Shown here: one piece after another, positions 38,181-51,990 of the stretch
Layout: the number at the start of each line of letters is the position of its first letter
Position numbering within the stretch: the stretch's first letter is position 1
Assembly: GCA_030704615.1 (NCBI GenBank)
Contig: CM060732.1
Span: 33,790,001 to 33,854,000 of the forward strand
DNA: 64,000 nucleotides
DNA from: Takakia lepidozioides
Taxonomy: Eukaryota > Plantae > Bryophyta
Direction: 5' to 3'
Notes under the pieces: generated by a model
Told to the model about the DNA's origin: nothing
Database searches by the model: none
What the model saw: only the letters and a program-made list of their open reading frames with translations
Translations under genes and position numbers: made by a program

Positions 38181-41100
38181 TGGAGGTCCTCTATCGGGAT
38201 GCTCAAGCCTGTATTCTGTTCCAAGTTGTAGGCTTTGAAAGACAAGGATATTCATGGAATTAGTTGACTATCCATATTCATTTGTTTTCTTCATGTAACC
38301 ATGACACTGAACTGCTCTTGTTACATATTATACATTCACACATTTGCTCTTCTCATACACTGACATCTTGAACTGTTTTGGTCTATGGAATTAGGAAATT
38401 ACTACTACAACTGAAGTTATGGAGGCTGGGATGCTTGCAACCATTATTGACGACATAGATGCAGGAAATTGGGGGGCAGATGAGTATGAAGAGGATACAA
38501 CATCTAGTGATCCTCTTTCTCTAGATGCCAAACAGGCAATTATTCTGGAAAAAAAACAAGATCTGAATGTAACTTTCAGGTCCCTCCTCATTGAGGATGG
38601 AGTTATGGACATTCCATTGTGTCGCATGATTTCTATGCAGGTTGTTAGGCCCGCCCTTGCCAACGACATCCTCTAGCTTAGAGGAGACTTCTACTCTGGA
38701 TACCATCCAGGAGCAGCCGTGTTCTATGTTTCTGTTGAGGGGATTGATGGATCTACTCTAGATGTGGGTCCTGATATCATCTCTACATATGATAGTAATT
38801 GGAAAACAGTCAATGATGAGTTTGAGAAGTATCTTGAGTCCAAGCCAAAGTTGCATCATCTTCGGGGGAAGATGTTTCATGTCTGGGATGGGAATCATAG
38901 GCTTCAAGCATGGTATCCATATATCAATGAAGTTCATGGGGCCAACTTGTCAAGACATGTCTGTGTGACAAGTTGGGTGCTCAATGCGGACATTGAAAAT
39001 CGTGGTTCCCTCAGGTCCATCATGGATGGAGTGAATGTGTGAGTTTCCTTTCTATTCTTCATTTACTTTCATGTTCAATGTTGTCATGTTCTTGCTCAAT
39101 GGATGTACATATACACATCTTCTTTCTAATGATCACATTTTGTATGTGCAGGGCAACAGAGAGGGCACATGTTACATCCAAATTTGTGCACTTGGTTTGC
39201 AAGGTCAATATGATTGGCCTTACACCTGTCTCTGAATGGAAGAATGTATTGAGGAAAGAGCAATACGACGAATGCACCAAGAAAGCAGGAAAGACTTGGT
39301 ATAACCTGACAGTCTATGCAATGACAGAGATTTTGTACAAGATAATATCATGTCTTAACCAAGTTTCATTCTTTGCATCCATAGACAAGATTCACCTCTG
39401 CTTCATGTTATGAACTGTTTTGGTTCTTTTGGCAGCATGATATTGTTGAGGCCCAACGCATGGCGGGGGAAGCTTACAAACTTGCTGAGGGGCCAAAGAG
39501 TCAAGATGGCCTTGAAGATACAATGAGACATGCTGAATTGAAAGCAAGGGAGCAACACAAGAGTCAGCTTGTGAAGTTGCTTCCTATTGCTGATCCAACC
39601 CTTGGAGAGGGGTTTCTCCAAGAACTTAAACTGCATTGGTCACGTGTAAAGGCAGGATCAGAGGAAATGACCCAAGAGAAAATGGTGAACATTGCTACAG
39701 CCCGGGTGGATCCAGAAGAAAAGGTGGAATGGCTACATATATGGAATGGAGACCAAACACTTCATGACCGTAATTTCTTTTCCACCCGGGCCTATCAGTG
39801 GGCCAACACTTGATCCTTGGCTTAATAGAAGGACTTTTTGGTGGCAGGTACATATACAATCACTATCTTTTCAATGCAATTGATTCATTTTGTTGATAAC
39901 ACATTAACATAGTTATTTAACTGACTGTATTTTCTGGCAGCTTCGCAAGGTTGCCTTGGCTCAGTTTGCCTTGTACACCACTCAGCTTGGCCAATTTCAT
40001 GTTGCCTTGGAGGAAGGAGAGAGTGAGAGTCTGGGAGACTACATGGATACATGGAAGATGACTCATTTCAATGAGTTATTTCATAGAGAGTTCTCATTGC
40101 CAAAGGGGCCATTCAGAGGCAATGATTGGGAACAACAAACAGGTGGGGAGAAGGTGGTGAGACGGATTTTATTCAGGTACAATCTTTCCATTGCATTGTA
40201 CATGGACAGTGTATACATCTTGTAAGTCAAAAATGTCTATGCTTCGAGTATTTTTCTAGTACATTGGGATATACATGTTTCTTAATGTGCTTGTTCAATT
40301 GTTGAACATGTTGCATAAATATTTGTCTCTACAATAACTTTGAATGTGTTTGTATTTTAGGTACATGAGATTTGTGCTTGTGCCGAGTGGTCAACTTAAG
40401 GCTGAGCCCAAGTTTCTGATGGCCTGGAAGTTTGGTGCTCAACAAGCTTCCATGTACACACCTGCAATTGAGGAAGATTGGGGTGTGGAACACCGGGAAG
40501 GGGGGGGGGGGGGTGGTATTTGGATATGCCCAAGGGTACTATCCCCTATGCAGAAATGGGACTTCATAAGGAGTGTGTTCGCAAGCAGTCAGTGAGTGAT
40601 GAAGGGGGTATCTCCACTGAAGTCCTTATTCTTGATCTGGAGCATGCAGAACAGATTGCTACACAGGCCGTTGACGCTGTAGCCCAAGTGGTCCCTGCGG
40701 TTGTGGGTGTACCAAAGCGCAAATCACGAAAAAGAAAAGGTGCAGATGTCAATGCAGGTGTGGCTTCTATTGCTGGTCCTATTGGTAGTTCTTCACATCC
40801 TTCAAATCAGTTGGTTGTAGTGCCTGCACCTACTACTCGAGGAAACAAGCCAAAGGCAGGTGAACATCCTTACAGTGCAGTGTCATTTTTCGGTGGTGCA
40901 CCTAGCATGTATCGCATGAAGATCATGCCTACTCATTTCATTGATATGGTGGAGGCCTCAAGTACATCTCCCGATGCAACCTTGAAAGAGCTCATGGAGT
41001 TCTTCAAACATGTGAGTTTCCCCCAACAAACAAATTGTAATGTAAGGAATTCTTCGATGTTTTTACATCCTCATCATCCGGCTATTGACTCCTACATTTT

Positions 41101-42140
41101 CTGTATGTTGTTTGCAGTTGCCAGGAACTTGGTCTAGTGTTGTGGATGGAAAAAACGTGCCTGTGGCTGTGGACATGATCATCGTGGACTGCCCAACAGG
41201 AATGCCTGTACAGGGCTGTTTGGATGGTGTACAGGTTCCTCCGTGGAATGCTTTTGATAAACGGTATTGGGAGTATGCATTCTCCATTGCTAATGACCTG
41301 TTGGATGACAATGGATGCTTGGTGTTCTTGTAGAGCTCCGATGATTCCTTTGCATTGGAGCTCTTTTCTTACTCCAGGGGCAGCTCTATTTCCATATTAT
41401 CAAGGAAATATACTTGCATCAATACCACCCCTCTACACACTCAGACAGGAAAGGTAAAAATCATCCCTCTTCAATATCTCATTGTTTGATGTTTCATCTT
41501 CCTACTCTCATACATATTATTAAACCATTCGGGTGCACTGTTTTTGTGGAAATGGCACGTCTAACAGACCATGTTCTTCCACGCCCATGTCCTCACCAAG
41601 CAAGGAGGACTATTCAAACTGCGTGAGTCTGGCAAAGTTGTGGACCCCCTTGCAGACCCTGTTGAGTTGGATGCCATCTACACACTACAACAGATTGCGG
41701 CTTTTATGACTCCCATGGGTGCGCAGTCATGACAGATTTGTGGCAGAAATGCCATTTGCAGTCGTAAAATGCTTTTGAAGTCATAATGCAGGTCTGGAGA
41801 AGGCGTATATGCGACTGCATGGCTTCGGACTCTGCGCAACACAGGTCAAACATGTTTGACCACGAATATTGGCATGGCAGATATGACTACCAGTCACGGT
41901 CATGGCTACACTGGAATGACGTGTGCATATTGCAAGACAGACATATGACTTCATGACTCTCACTCTAATGCATTATGCCAAATCATCACATGGATGAATC
42001 ACTACATGACTACACGTGTCAACACATGCTTTTCTAGTTATATATATAATATATGAGTATTTATATCTTAAAAAAACAGAGACTCTTACCAACTAGAATG
42101 AATTTAAAAAACCCAAAAAAAACAAAGATTTAAAAAAAAT

Positions 42141-42372
42141 CACATCGGCTGGTAAGTGCACAGTGTGTCGCCCTTGTGGTTTGGGGTTCAAACCCGCTGC
42201 CCTTATCCCGTGTGTGGGATTGTTCGAGACGGTATGTCTTGACGTTGATCGTCCTGTAGGTCTTATGGCCCATAAATGAAGGCGGGTGAATTTTCCCCCT
42301 CCTCAAGGGCTTGTGGTTTCCTTTAAGAAAAAAAAAAAAAATCAAAAAAAAATCAAAAAAAAAAATCAAAAA
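42141..42372 (+). mobile_element. tRNA-derived SINE-like element
   Basis: B-box GGTTCAAACC at 42185-42194, body shared with 28308-28410, and an A-rich tail. Confidence 0.6.
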
Positions 42373-42669
42373 GGGGCTTTTAGGGTTTACAAAAAGGTTA
42401 AAAAACTTAAAAAGTTGCCCATCACGGTAGCGTGAACAGACTTAGAGCGAGCGGGAGGGAGGGAGAGAGAGAGAGGGTTGGGACTTAGAGCGAACGAGCG
42501 GGAGAGAGGGCAAACATGCATGGGAGGCCCGCAGTTGGATCAACCTTCGCATCTGGAGCAAGCAACCCTAGAAACGCTAGGGTATGTGTGCGAGGAGGTT
42601 TCGGCTGGGAGCCCGCCGTTCTTGGGAGAGTCAGCTTCGTCTTAGCAGGCCGTGTTTCAATCTCTACCC

Positions 42670-43530
42670 GCTCGGCCCTGATTTTACAGCACGGAGCAGA
42701 GCTGGCATGAGTTTCTAAAAGATCCTTCACGATGGTGGGACAACCGCAATTGCAAGGTGTGGCTTTTTCTTAATGTACGATGTGAAGAAGTTTGTCCATC
42801 CTAATGTGGGTTGGCTCTCCTGTTAGTACCATGATTTGGTATTCTTCCTGATGTTTACAAGGTTCTTGGGAGAGTTAGCTTGGTCTTAGTAGGCCGTGTT
42901 TCAATCTCTGCCCACTCAGCTGCACCGTGGTGGTTCTCACTGACCAATCCGACATTACCTAACTACAGACACAAGCAGCACACACTAGAGGTCATCTTGG
43001 GTTCATGTTCAGTCAAATCCTCCATGGGTCATGACACAAGGTCGAGGACAATGTGGTGAGGGCACCTTCTTCTTCGACCTATTTCAGCCTATTTTGCCCT
43101 CTCATCAGACTCGGCCCTGAATTTGAATCATGGAACAGAGCTGGCATGAGTTTTTTTAAGATCCTTCACGAGGGTGCGACCGCAATCGCAAGGTGTGGTT
43201 TTTTTTTAATGTACGATGTGCAGAATTTTGTCCATCCTGCAAATGTGGGTTGTTGGCTCCTGTTAGTACCATGATTTGATATTCTTCCTGATGTTTACAA
43301 GGTTCTTGGGAGAGTCAGCTTTGTCTTAGCAGACCGTGTCTCAAAGTCTGTCTGCTCAGCTGCACCGTGGTGCAGGTTCTCACTGACCAATCCGACATTA
43401 CCTGACTACAGACACAAGCATCACACACAAGGTCAAATCCTCCATGGGTCATGACACAAGGTCAAGGACAGTGTGGTGAGGGCACCTTCTTCTTCGACCT
43501 ATTTCAGCATGTTTTGCCCTCTCATCAGAC
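42670..43530. repeat. ~430-bp tandem duplication inside the CACTA
   Basis: CTCGGCCCTGA...GCCCTCTCATCAGAC units start at about 42671 and 43110. Confidence 0.85.
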
Positions 43531-44321
43531 GCCCTGAGATGCATATTGAATTTTGTAAGTTAGCTCATTGCTCGTTGATAAGTAGGGTTGGGGGTGTTTG
43601 CTGGAACAATTCTAGGCTGTCATTGTCAGCTGCTAGCAGGAAGGCAAGGATGTATGCATAGATAGCTGAAGGATTTTGTGCAGAGGCATAGATAGCTGAA
43701 GGAGCAGGGATAGAGTGTGGGCCCAAATTCGTCCAAGAGGGCCGGATTTCAAGCTCCATTATTTCAGTGTCATCCATTCAGCCAGGGATTTCCTGGTGAC
43801 ATTGCCAAGGCTTTACTCGCAACACGATGCTTGTAAAGCTTCCTTAGCTTGAATGCTGATTATGCTTGAATTATTAGGTTTGTAAAGCCAGTTTTGAAAT
43901 TTTCATGGTAATCAGCTCTCTTGAAAATCTGTAGGTTGCAAGCCATTTACAGCGGGCCGTGGGTGGACTGGAAGACAGCCATTGAAAGTCCTGGTGCAAG
44001 TTAATACCAGTGGAGAGCAGAATAAGCTTCATATTCCCTTTTGGTGCTAGTTATCTTCATGTATGGTACTGTTGAACACCAACAATCTTTTGGTGAGATT
44101 CTGTCTTGGTGCACATGTCTGATAAAGAAAGACGGTAATGTTTGTTCTGAAACCTGAAGGCGTGAAATGATTCAACACAACAAGAGCATTACGCGTGTCA
44201 CAGTACAAGCTGTAAGAAAGCAAGAGATACATAGTTATACAGTCAAACAGACAACTATCAGTTTCTGTGGAATCTCTTGCCAATGGCAGGATGGGTTGGG
44301 AATAGCCAAGTCAGGAGGTGA

Positions 44322-44813
44322 ATGCCTGTCAAATTACCACATGTCCTTTTGAACACTGCCCCTGCCCTGGTGGACATGTACGCCAATTGTGGGTGCATTG
44401 AGGATGCAAAGGGAGTGTTCAACACTGTGGCTGAACGAGATGTGGTGTCGTGGAGTGCGATGCTTGCTGGGTATGCACAGCTGGGGTGCGGGATGGAGGC
44501 TCCAACCTTTGAGAAAATGATGGGGGAAGGGGTGAAGGCCGCCGACATAACGTTTGTGTGCGTTTGCAGTGCGTCTGCAGCCCTGGAAAAGGGCAAAGAG
44601 ATCCCTGGTGACATCATCAAATCTGCAATTGTACCAGATGTCATCCTGAACATGGCTCTGGTGGCCATGTATGCTAAATGTGGGAGCATTGAGGATGCCA
44701 AGGGAGTGTTCAACACTATGGCTGAACTAGATGTGGTGTCGTGGAATGCGATGCTTGAAGGGTGTGCAGAGCAGGAGCGCGGGATGGGGCTTTGGACACC
44801 TGAAAGCAAATGA
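44322..44813 (+). pseudogene. Captured PLS-class PPR gene fragment
   Basis: Two copies of ALV.MYAxCG.IEDAKGVFNT.AE.DVVSW.AML. No start or end of a full gene; lies inside the CACTA. Confidence 0.85.
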
Positions 44814-45736
44814 TGGAGAAAAGGATGAAGGTACCTTCTTCAACATATTTCACCCTGTTTTCCCTGCTAGTGTTTGATTCTAGGCTGTCATTGTCAGCTG
44901 CTAGCAGCAAGGCGAGGATGTATGCATGATTTGTGCAGAGGCATGGATAGCTGAAGGAGCAGGGATTTCGTGTGGGTCCAGATTCATCCAAGAAGGCCAG
45001 ATTTCAAGCACAAGATTACCTGTGATTCCCTGTGGATCAATAGCTACAAGAAACCTGCATGGGTAGATGGTCAACTGGGAGCAGCGGCACAAGTGATAAA
45101 ATCAGGCACTGCTAATGAAGGCATTTCACCCTGTTTTTCCCTCTTATCATAATCGGCCCTAAATTTACATGTTCAATTCTGCAAGTTAGCTGGTTGAGTG
45201 AATCTAGTTTGGAGTGACTTTGACATGATACTGCCAATGTGACAACATGAAAGTGTCAAAAAATAGGTAACAGAGATGAGGAGAAGCTGTGGAATGAATA
45301 CTTATCTGAGCCCAGTCACTGATGGGTCAACCGGGGCAGAAAGGTGAATGCCTGCTACATTTCAGAGAGTAGCAGACGCAATTCAGCATAGGAACTAGTG
45401 TGCTACGCTGAGTTGGGTGTTTCCTAGAACAAATGTAGGCTGTCATTGTCAGCTGCTAGCAGCAAGGCAAGTATGAATGCTTGATTTGTGCAGAGGCATG
45501 GATAGCTGAAGGAATAGAGATAGAGTGTGGGTGACGCAGGGTGTTGGGCAATGGGCAAGATGTCTTTGTATAAACGTGAGTGACCTTCCTATCATCCTGG
45601 GTTTCATTTTTAGTGCATGTTTCTTTGTGAAGTATCTGACGACTTCGCCAATACACACCAACCTTTTTGCTTTGGTTTGTTTAGGACATGGGATAGAAGT
45701 TACTATAAACAACATTGGCATTGGTTTTTCATATAT

Positions 45737-46460
45737 TGTCGCGGCCCTTTGCCTTGAGGGCAGGGGGTCGGGACACATGAGGGGCTGCCCCTGTGGTGGG
45801 GGCAGCGGCAGCGATAGGTATGGGGGGCTGAAGCACCCTTGAGTGCCCAAGGCACTCAAGGAGGCGGAGGCGCTCACTAGGTGGAGCCCCGCACACCGGG
45901 TTGCGGTGGAGGTGGCTCCACAAGGGGTGGTGGTAGCTTAGTGGGACTTAGTGGGGGTGGCATAGGACTCACCATGGGGTGGAGACCTCGAGGTGGGAGT
46001 CGTGGGGAGTCTTGGGACTCATCACGGTCCATTGGGGCCGCGGTGAGTGGGCCAAGACTCACCGCGACTCACCACCGGGAGTCGAGGGTTTTCGTGGTGG
46101 TTCGCCATAAAATGGCATGGCTGGTTATGAAACCCCCGCGGACAGCTACAGAAGTATATATAGGGAGTAGTAACCCCGAGAACGGTGCAAGCCCGTTGGT
46201 GACCAAAAACTAGTGAGTAAGCGAGCGAGCCGGAAAGCGACCAAAGAGTGGGGAGCTGTTCCGGACTGCCATCTACCAAAGGGAATTCTCCTAGTCCCAA
46301 ATAGGTGGAGGGTTTAGAGGGAAGCGGAAGGGGACCGTTATGTCCCGGTGAGCAGCCGAAACTCCAAGTTGGCCCGGCGGCCAGGTTGGGAGTCAGGCGC
46401 GCACATCAAAGCGAGTAACTATGACTTGAAGGGGAGTTTACCGAACTGAGGTGTGCGACA
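45737..46460 (+). repeat. 5' LTR
   Basis: TG...CA ends, followed by the PBS; matches 51991-52727. Confidence 0.95.
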
Positions 46461-46515
46461 CTTGGTATCAGAGCCTAGAGTTCAGTACGCGATCGTCCTT
46501 GGGATTGGCCTCATC

Positions 46516-49500
46516 ATGGGGTCGGGCAAGCCAAAGCGAAAGCGGAACGGCCCAAAAGATGATGATCCCGGTGAGCCCGATGGGGGCGACATGTCACCGA
46601 GGCGGCCGTTTGAGGAAGCGATTAATGTTTCCAAAAACGAGGCCGCTCAGGAGCGGGAGGAATCCGAGGAGTCGGAGCCCGAGGAATCTTTGAGAGCTCC
46701 GACAAATCAAGAGATGCCTCCCATGCCGGCAGCCTTTTGGGAAGGGTTGTTGGCGCAGTTTGGCGGGACGTTGAAAGACGTGTTGAAGGCGGCTAATGCC
46801 ACTTCCACCAAGGCAAAGTTTAAGGTGAAGCCTAAGGAACCCGGCACCTTCGAGGGCGTTCGAAACCGGAAGGCACTCAACACCTGGCTCCTGGAGCTAG
46901 AGCAGTACTTCCGGGCGGCCAAGTTGAGTGACGAGGATCGGGTGGAAGTGGCTCCCACCTATTTGAGGGGCTATGCTCAACAATGGTGGCAGAAACGCCT
47001 TCACGACCGAGGCCCAAGCCCGGAAACCTTGAACTGGAGTGAGTTCAAGGAATTGATGAAGAGACAGTTTGTGCCCCTCAACGCATCCTGGCTTGCCCGG
47101 GACAAGATGAGGAATTTGAAGCAAACAGATGACATTCGGGGGTATGTCCAGGCTTTCAATGTGCTGTTGCTCGAAGTCGCGGACATGGCAGAACCAGAAA
47201 TGGTCTTCAACTTTGTGGCGGGACTGGCCCCATGGGCTAGGCGGAAGTTGGAGGAGAAGCCACCCAAGACTTTGAACGAGGCAATTGAGAGAGCTGAATG
47301 TTTCTCGGATGTCCCTAGGGGTGAGAGACAAGGCCGTACGGAGCTGAACCACAAGAAGACCCGGCGGGAAGGTGACTCCTCCCGACCGGAAAAGAAGTGG
47401 GATAGGCCACGCGGCGAAAATGGCACGTGGAAATCGAAGGGAGGTCCTTCACACGTCAAGGCGGCACCCGGTGCTTCGAAAGGAAAAGCGGGTGGAGCGA
47501 CTTATGGCGGACAGAAGGCGACCTTTGATGGAGTGTGTTTCAATTGCGGGGAGCCCGGGCACATGGCCAAGAAGTGCACGAAGCCCCGGCAATTGAACAT
47601 GACTCGGGCGACCACGGAGCTGTCGGAAGATACCATCAGTCGCTTGGTGGAAGCGGTGGTCGCCAGGACTTGCAAGGTAGGCAAATTTTCTTGTGAGTTG
47701 TATCAGGAAACTGGCGCCTTACGAAAAGGGAGTCAGTTATTGTTCGTGGATGGGATAATATCCGGAACTAATGTGTCGTTGTTGGTGGACACAGGAGCGT
47801 CGCACTCCTTCATGACGCCGGCGGCGGCGCGAAAGTTGGGACTCCCGACAAGTGACGTGGGGGCCTCTATTGAGGTGCGCTCTGCCAAAGGAGAACCTCA
47901 GTTGGCGACAAGGTTGGCGTTTGATGTTCCTCTTCAACTGGGGAGTTGGGAGGGACGTGAGAACTTCACTATCTGCGAGATCGATGGAGTGGATCTCATT
48001 TTGGGAATGACCTTTTTGAGCAAATCCGGAGCGGTCATAGATGGCCGCAAGAGAGTAGTCACGCTGCCATGTGGGAATGGTGGCGAGGTTTTACGAGTGT
48101 CGGAAACGCCCAAATCCGTGGGAGGGCGAATAAACCTTCTATCAGCAAAGGAGTGGGCCGTGGAGGAGACACACGAGTCCCAGTTTTTGCTTTACATTAG
48201 AGAAGTGAAAGGAGAAGGCGATGGGGAGCCGAGCCCAGATTGGATCAAGGGGATTTTGGAGAAATACCAGGATGTGATGCCGGAGGATTTACCAAGCGGC
48301 TTGCCACCGCGAAGAGGAGTTGACCACAAAATTGAGGTGATACCGGGATCGGAACCACTGCCAAGGCGCCCTACCGGTTGAGCCACAAAGAGTTGGTCGA
48401 GCTGAAGACTCAGCTCAAAGATCTAATGTCAAAGGGGTACATCCGGCCGAGTAAGTCACCTTACGGAGCCCCGGTGCTATTTGCAGACAAGAAGGATGGG
48501 ACGCTGCGGATGTGTGTCGATTACAGGGCTCTGAATAAGGTGACTATCAAAAACCGGTACCTTTGCCAAGGATCGACGACCTCTTCGATCGGTTGGCAGG
48601 AGCGAAGTATTTCAGCCGGATCGACTTGCGCTCCGGCTATCACCAAATTCGGGTGGCGGAAGGAGATGAGGAGAAGACCGCGTGCAGGACAAGGTATGGT
48701 TCATATGAGTTCTTGGTGATGCCTTTTGGGCTCACCAATGCACCAGCGACATTTAGCACGCTGATGAACAGCCTTTTCCAGGAGTGGTTGGATGACTTTG
48801 TGATCGTGTACATCGACGACATCTTGGTGTACTCGAAAACAAAGGAGGAGCACCTGGAGCACCTCAAAAGGGTGTTCCAAAAATTGCGAGAAGGGAAGCT
48901 GTATGCCAAAGCTTCAAAGTGCGAATTCGGGGTCACAAAAGTGGAGTTCTTGGGGCACGTGATTACACAGGATGGGATCAAAATGGATGACAGAAAGGTG
49001 AGGGCGATCTTGGACTGGGAGCCTCCGACTTCGGTCCCGGGAGTGCGATCCTTCCTAGGACTCGCCTCCTATTACCGGAAGTATGTGAGAAATTTCGCCA
49101 AGATCGCGGGGCCGCTGTCGGACCTTCTGTGTAAATCCAAAGTCTGGGTATGGAACACATTTTGTGGCCAAGCTTTTGCTGAATTGAAGCAGCGGATGAC
49201 GGAAGCTCCAGTCTTAAAAATCCCGGAGTTCGATCGTCCGTTTGAGATTCATACAGATGCATCGGACTTCGCAATTGGGGGTGTACTACTATGCAAGATG
49301 GACGTCCAGTGGCTTACGAAAGTAAGAAACTGAATGAAGTGGAGCGACGGTGGCCGACGCACGAAAAAGAGATGAAGGCGGTGGTACATTGCCTTGAACT
49401 CTGGCGCCACTATGTTGGTTCCAACCCAGTGAAGGTGTTCACGGACAATGTCACGGTGAAGTATTTTGCCACGCAGCCCAAGTTGTCCCCAAAACAACTT

Positions 49501-51086
49501 AGGTGGCAAGATACTTTGGCAGTGTTCGACGTGGATATCCAGTACAAACCGGGACGGGACAATGTGGTGGCCGATGCTTTAAGTAGAAAGCAGCAGCTCT
49601 TGTTGGTGTACAAGGGCGAGACGGCGCTCCAAAGGAAGATCCGGAAGGCTTGCCGGAAGGATGAGCTGGCAAAGTGCGTGATGCAGAACTTGAGAATGGG
49701 GGTTAAATCGCAGTTCCACTTGCAAAACGGACTGCTCCGGTATAAGCAAAAACGTCTCTATGTGCCAAAGGGAGGGATCAGGGATAGTCTCTTGAGAGAA
49801 TGCCATGATAGCCCGCTTGCGGGCCACGGTGGAGCCAAGCGCACTGCGGCACTCTGAAGAAAGAGTATTTCTGGCCCAAACTGAGGGAGGAGGCAGAGGA
49901 GTATGTAAAGACATGCACCACATGCCAACAAAAACCGGAGCGAGTATAAAAAGCAAGCGGGGCTGTTACAACCCTTGCCGATTCCAGAGGGGACTTGGGA
50001 AAGCGTCTCGATGGATTTCATGACTGCTATGCCGCTGTCAAAAGGATTCGATGCAATCATGGTGGTGGTAGATAGGTCAGTCAGTAAAATGGCCCATTTC
50101 ATCCCCACCAAGGAGACGGCAACTGCGCAGGAGACAGGGCGACTTTACTTCGCCCACGTCTTAAAGCATCATGGAGTCCCGAAGGATATTGTCTCGGACC
50201 GCGACCCAAAGTTTACGAGTAAATTCTGGAGAGCACTTTGGAAGAAGATGGGGACGAGGCTGAAGATGAGCACCGCCTTCCGACCTACGACGGACGGCCC
50301 AACGGAAAGAGTGAATTCCGTAGTGAAGCAATTCTTGCGGAATTACGTGTCGGCAGACCAATCAGACTGGATGGAACACTTAGACGCGGCAGAGTTCTGT
50401 TATAATAACACAGAACACTCCGCGACGGGAGTTTCCCCTTTTGTGTTGGTCTATGGAAAAGCACCTCTGGTGCCGACAAGTTGGGCCGCCCAGGACGTTG
50501 AGGAACCGGCAGTAGCGGCGGTGGTACTGGAAGAACGCGAGCGTTTGTTGAAGCTCGCAAAGTACAACATTGCCAAAGCTAGGAAACGGTATGAAAGGCA
50601 GGCGAATCGGAAGCGGAGGGAAGTGAAGTTTGAGGCAGGCACAGAGGTCTGGTTGAACATCAAGAATTTTCGACTACCTCCGGAAATGAGTCCGAAGTTC
50701 GTACCTCCGTATGCGGGTCCCTTTCGCATTCGGAGGGTTATGAATGAGGATGTGTATGAATTGGAGCTGCCAGCAAACAGCAAGGTGCACCCAGTATTCC
50801 ATGTCTCCCTTTTGAAGCTTACTTCAAAGATGAAGCACGTCCGAATCGGCAGCAAGTGTTGCGTCCGCCACCTATGCTGTTGGATCATGAAAATGAACCC
50901 GAGTACGAGGTGGAGGCAATACTTAAGTCGAGGAGGTTCAAGAACCGAGAAACGGAGTATCTCGTCAAATGGAAGGGCTATCATCTTGTGGAGGCATCTT
51001 GGGTGCGTGCCTCAGAAATGGGAAACGCATCCGAGGCAGTTTGCAGCGTTCGAAGGGCGACCTCAAAAAGCGGAAGAAGAAGTTGA
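46516..51086 (+). pseudogene. gag-pol polyprotein with chromodomain (frameshifted)
   Basis: [46 protein letters not shown]...VSDRD, GPF, and YEVEAIL...YLVKWKGY. Several single-base frameshifts. Confidence 0.93.
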
Positions 51087-51990
51087 TGGGGACATCAACC
51101 TTGGAGCGTGGGGGAGGAAATGCATGCTTAGCCCGGTTTAGCTAGCTCAGGAATCCGATTGCAAAAACTTGTATTGTACAAAAATTTGTGATAAAGGAAA
51201 TGGGTTCCAAATATTGTGCGTCCTATTGTGTTTGGAATGGTGATGCATGGTGTGGTTGGCTGGTGTGTAGAATGCATGCTAGCTTACAAAAGTGGGAGAG
51301 GTAAATTGGGTTAATCGTGTGTTTGCGCAGTGCCAAAATCGGGTGACTCCCATCCAAGGGGCAAGGAAACTTGCGCCTTATTTGGGAGTTCAAGTGCTAG
51401 TGCGCACCTGGCGCGTGCGCGTACTATAACTGCGCTACCGAGGGGGTTGCCTTGTAGTGCGGGCTAACGCGGAAGCTACGTGCTTCCGTTCACGTACTAT
51501 AATCGTGTAGCCTCGGGACGAAGTCGTAGTGCGGCTTCGGCGTGTTCCCGTACCTCAGGCCAGCATTCCAAGGCGGACCCAATTGTAGTGATTGGGGCGC
51601 ACGGTTGGTTCAAGGTTATCTTCCTAGTCAAAGAGGGTTCCAGGTGAACCCTTGCTCAAGGTGATGCCCAAAGCGGCATCATGAGCGATCGCAAGCAATG
51701 TTGTTGCAGTAAGGCGATTCGATCCTCGGGGAGGATCGTCCTTGGCCTTGAAGTAGGCCAAGAAGAGTGCACGGAGGAGCTGGAGAGCTCCACCCTTGGC
51801 CGGGACTTGGAGGAAGTCGGCCGCCGAACTAGCTAGTGGAGAGTGGAGTCAAGTGTGGGGTTTGGTTCTTTGCCATGGGACGCCATGGTACGGAAACAAA
51901 CTCCTTGATGTGGGACGCCACAACTTGGATGTTCGTTTCTACAAAATGGACAAGTCGATGAGGACATCGACTCCTGTTGGTAGGGGTGTG

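Noticed and set aside
36914-41682. Bacterial or phage contamination as the source of the ParB/MTase-like gene
   Set aside because: The gene has multiple GT-AG introns conserved between subfamilies, sits inside a plant MULE, and is interrupted by plant TEs.
48360-50830. Programmed frameshifting between the gypsy pol ORFs
   Set aside because: There are many single-base shifts at arbitrary positions, often near homopolymers; decay or assembly error is more likely.
51620-51990. Possible antisense ORF in the chromovirus 3' non-coding region (SSAADFLQVPAKGGALQLLRALFLAYFK...)
   Set aside because: Only about 75 codons between stops, with no start codon and no recognisable motif; a single copy cannot support it.
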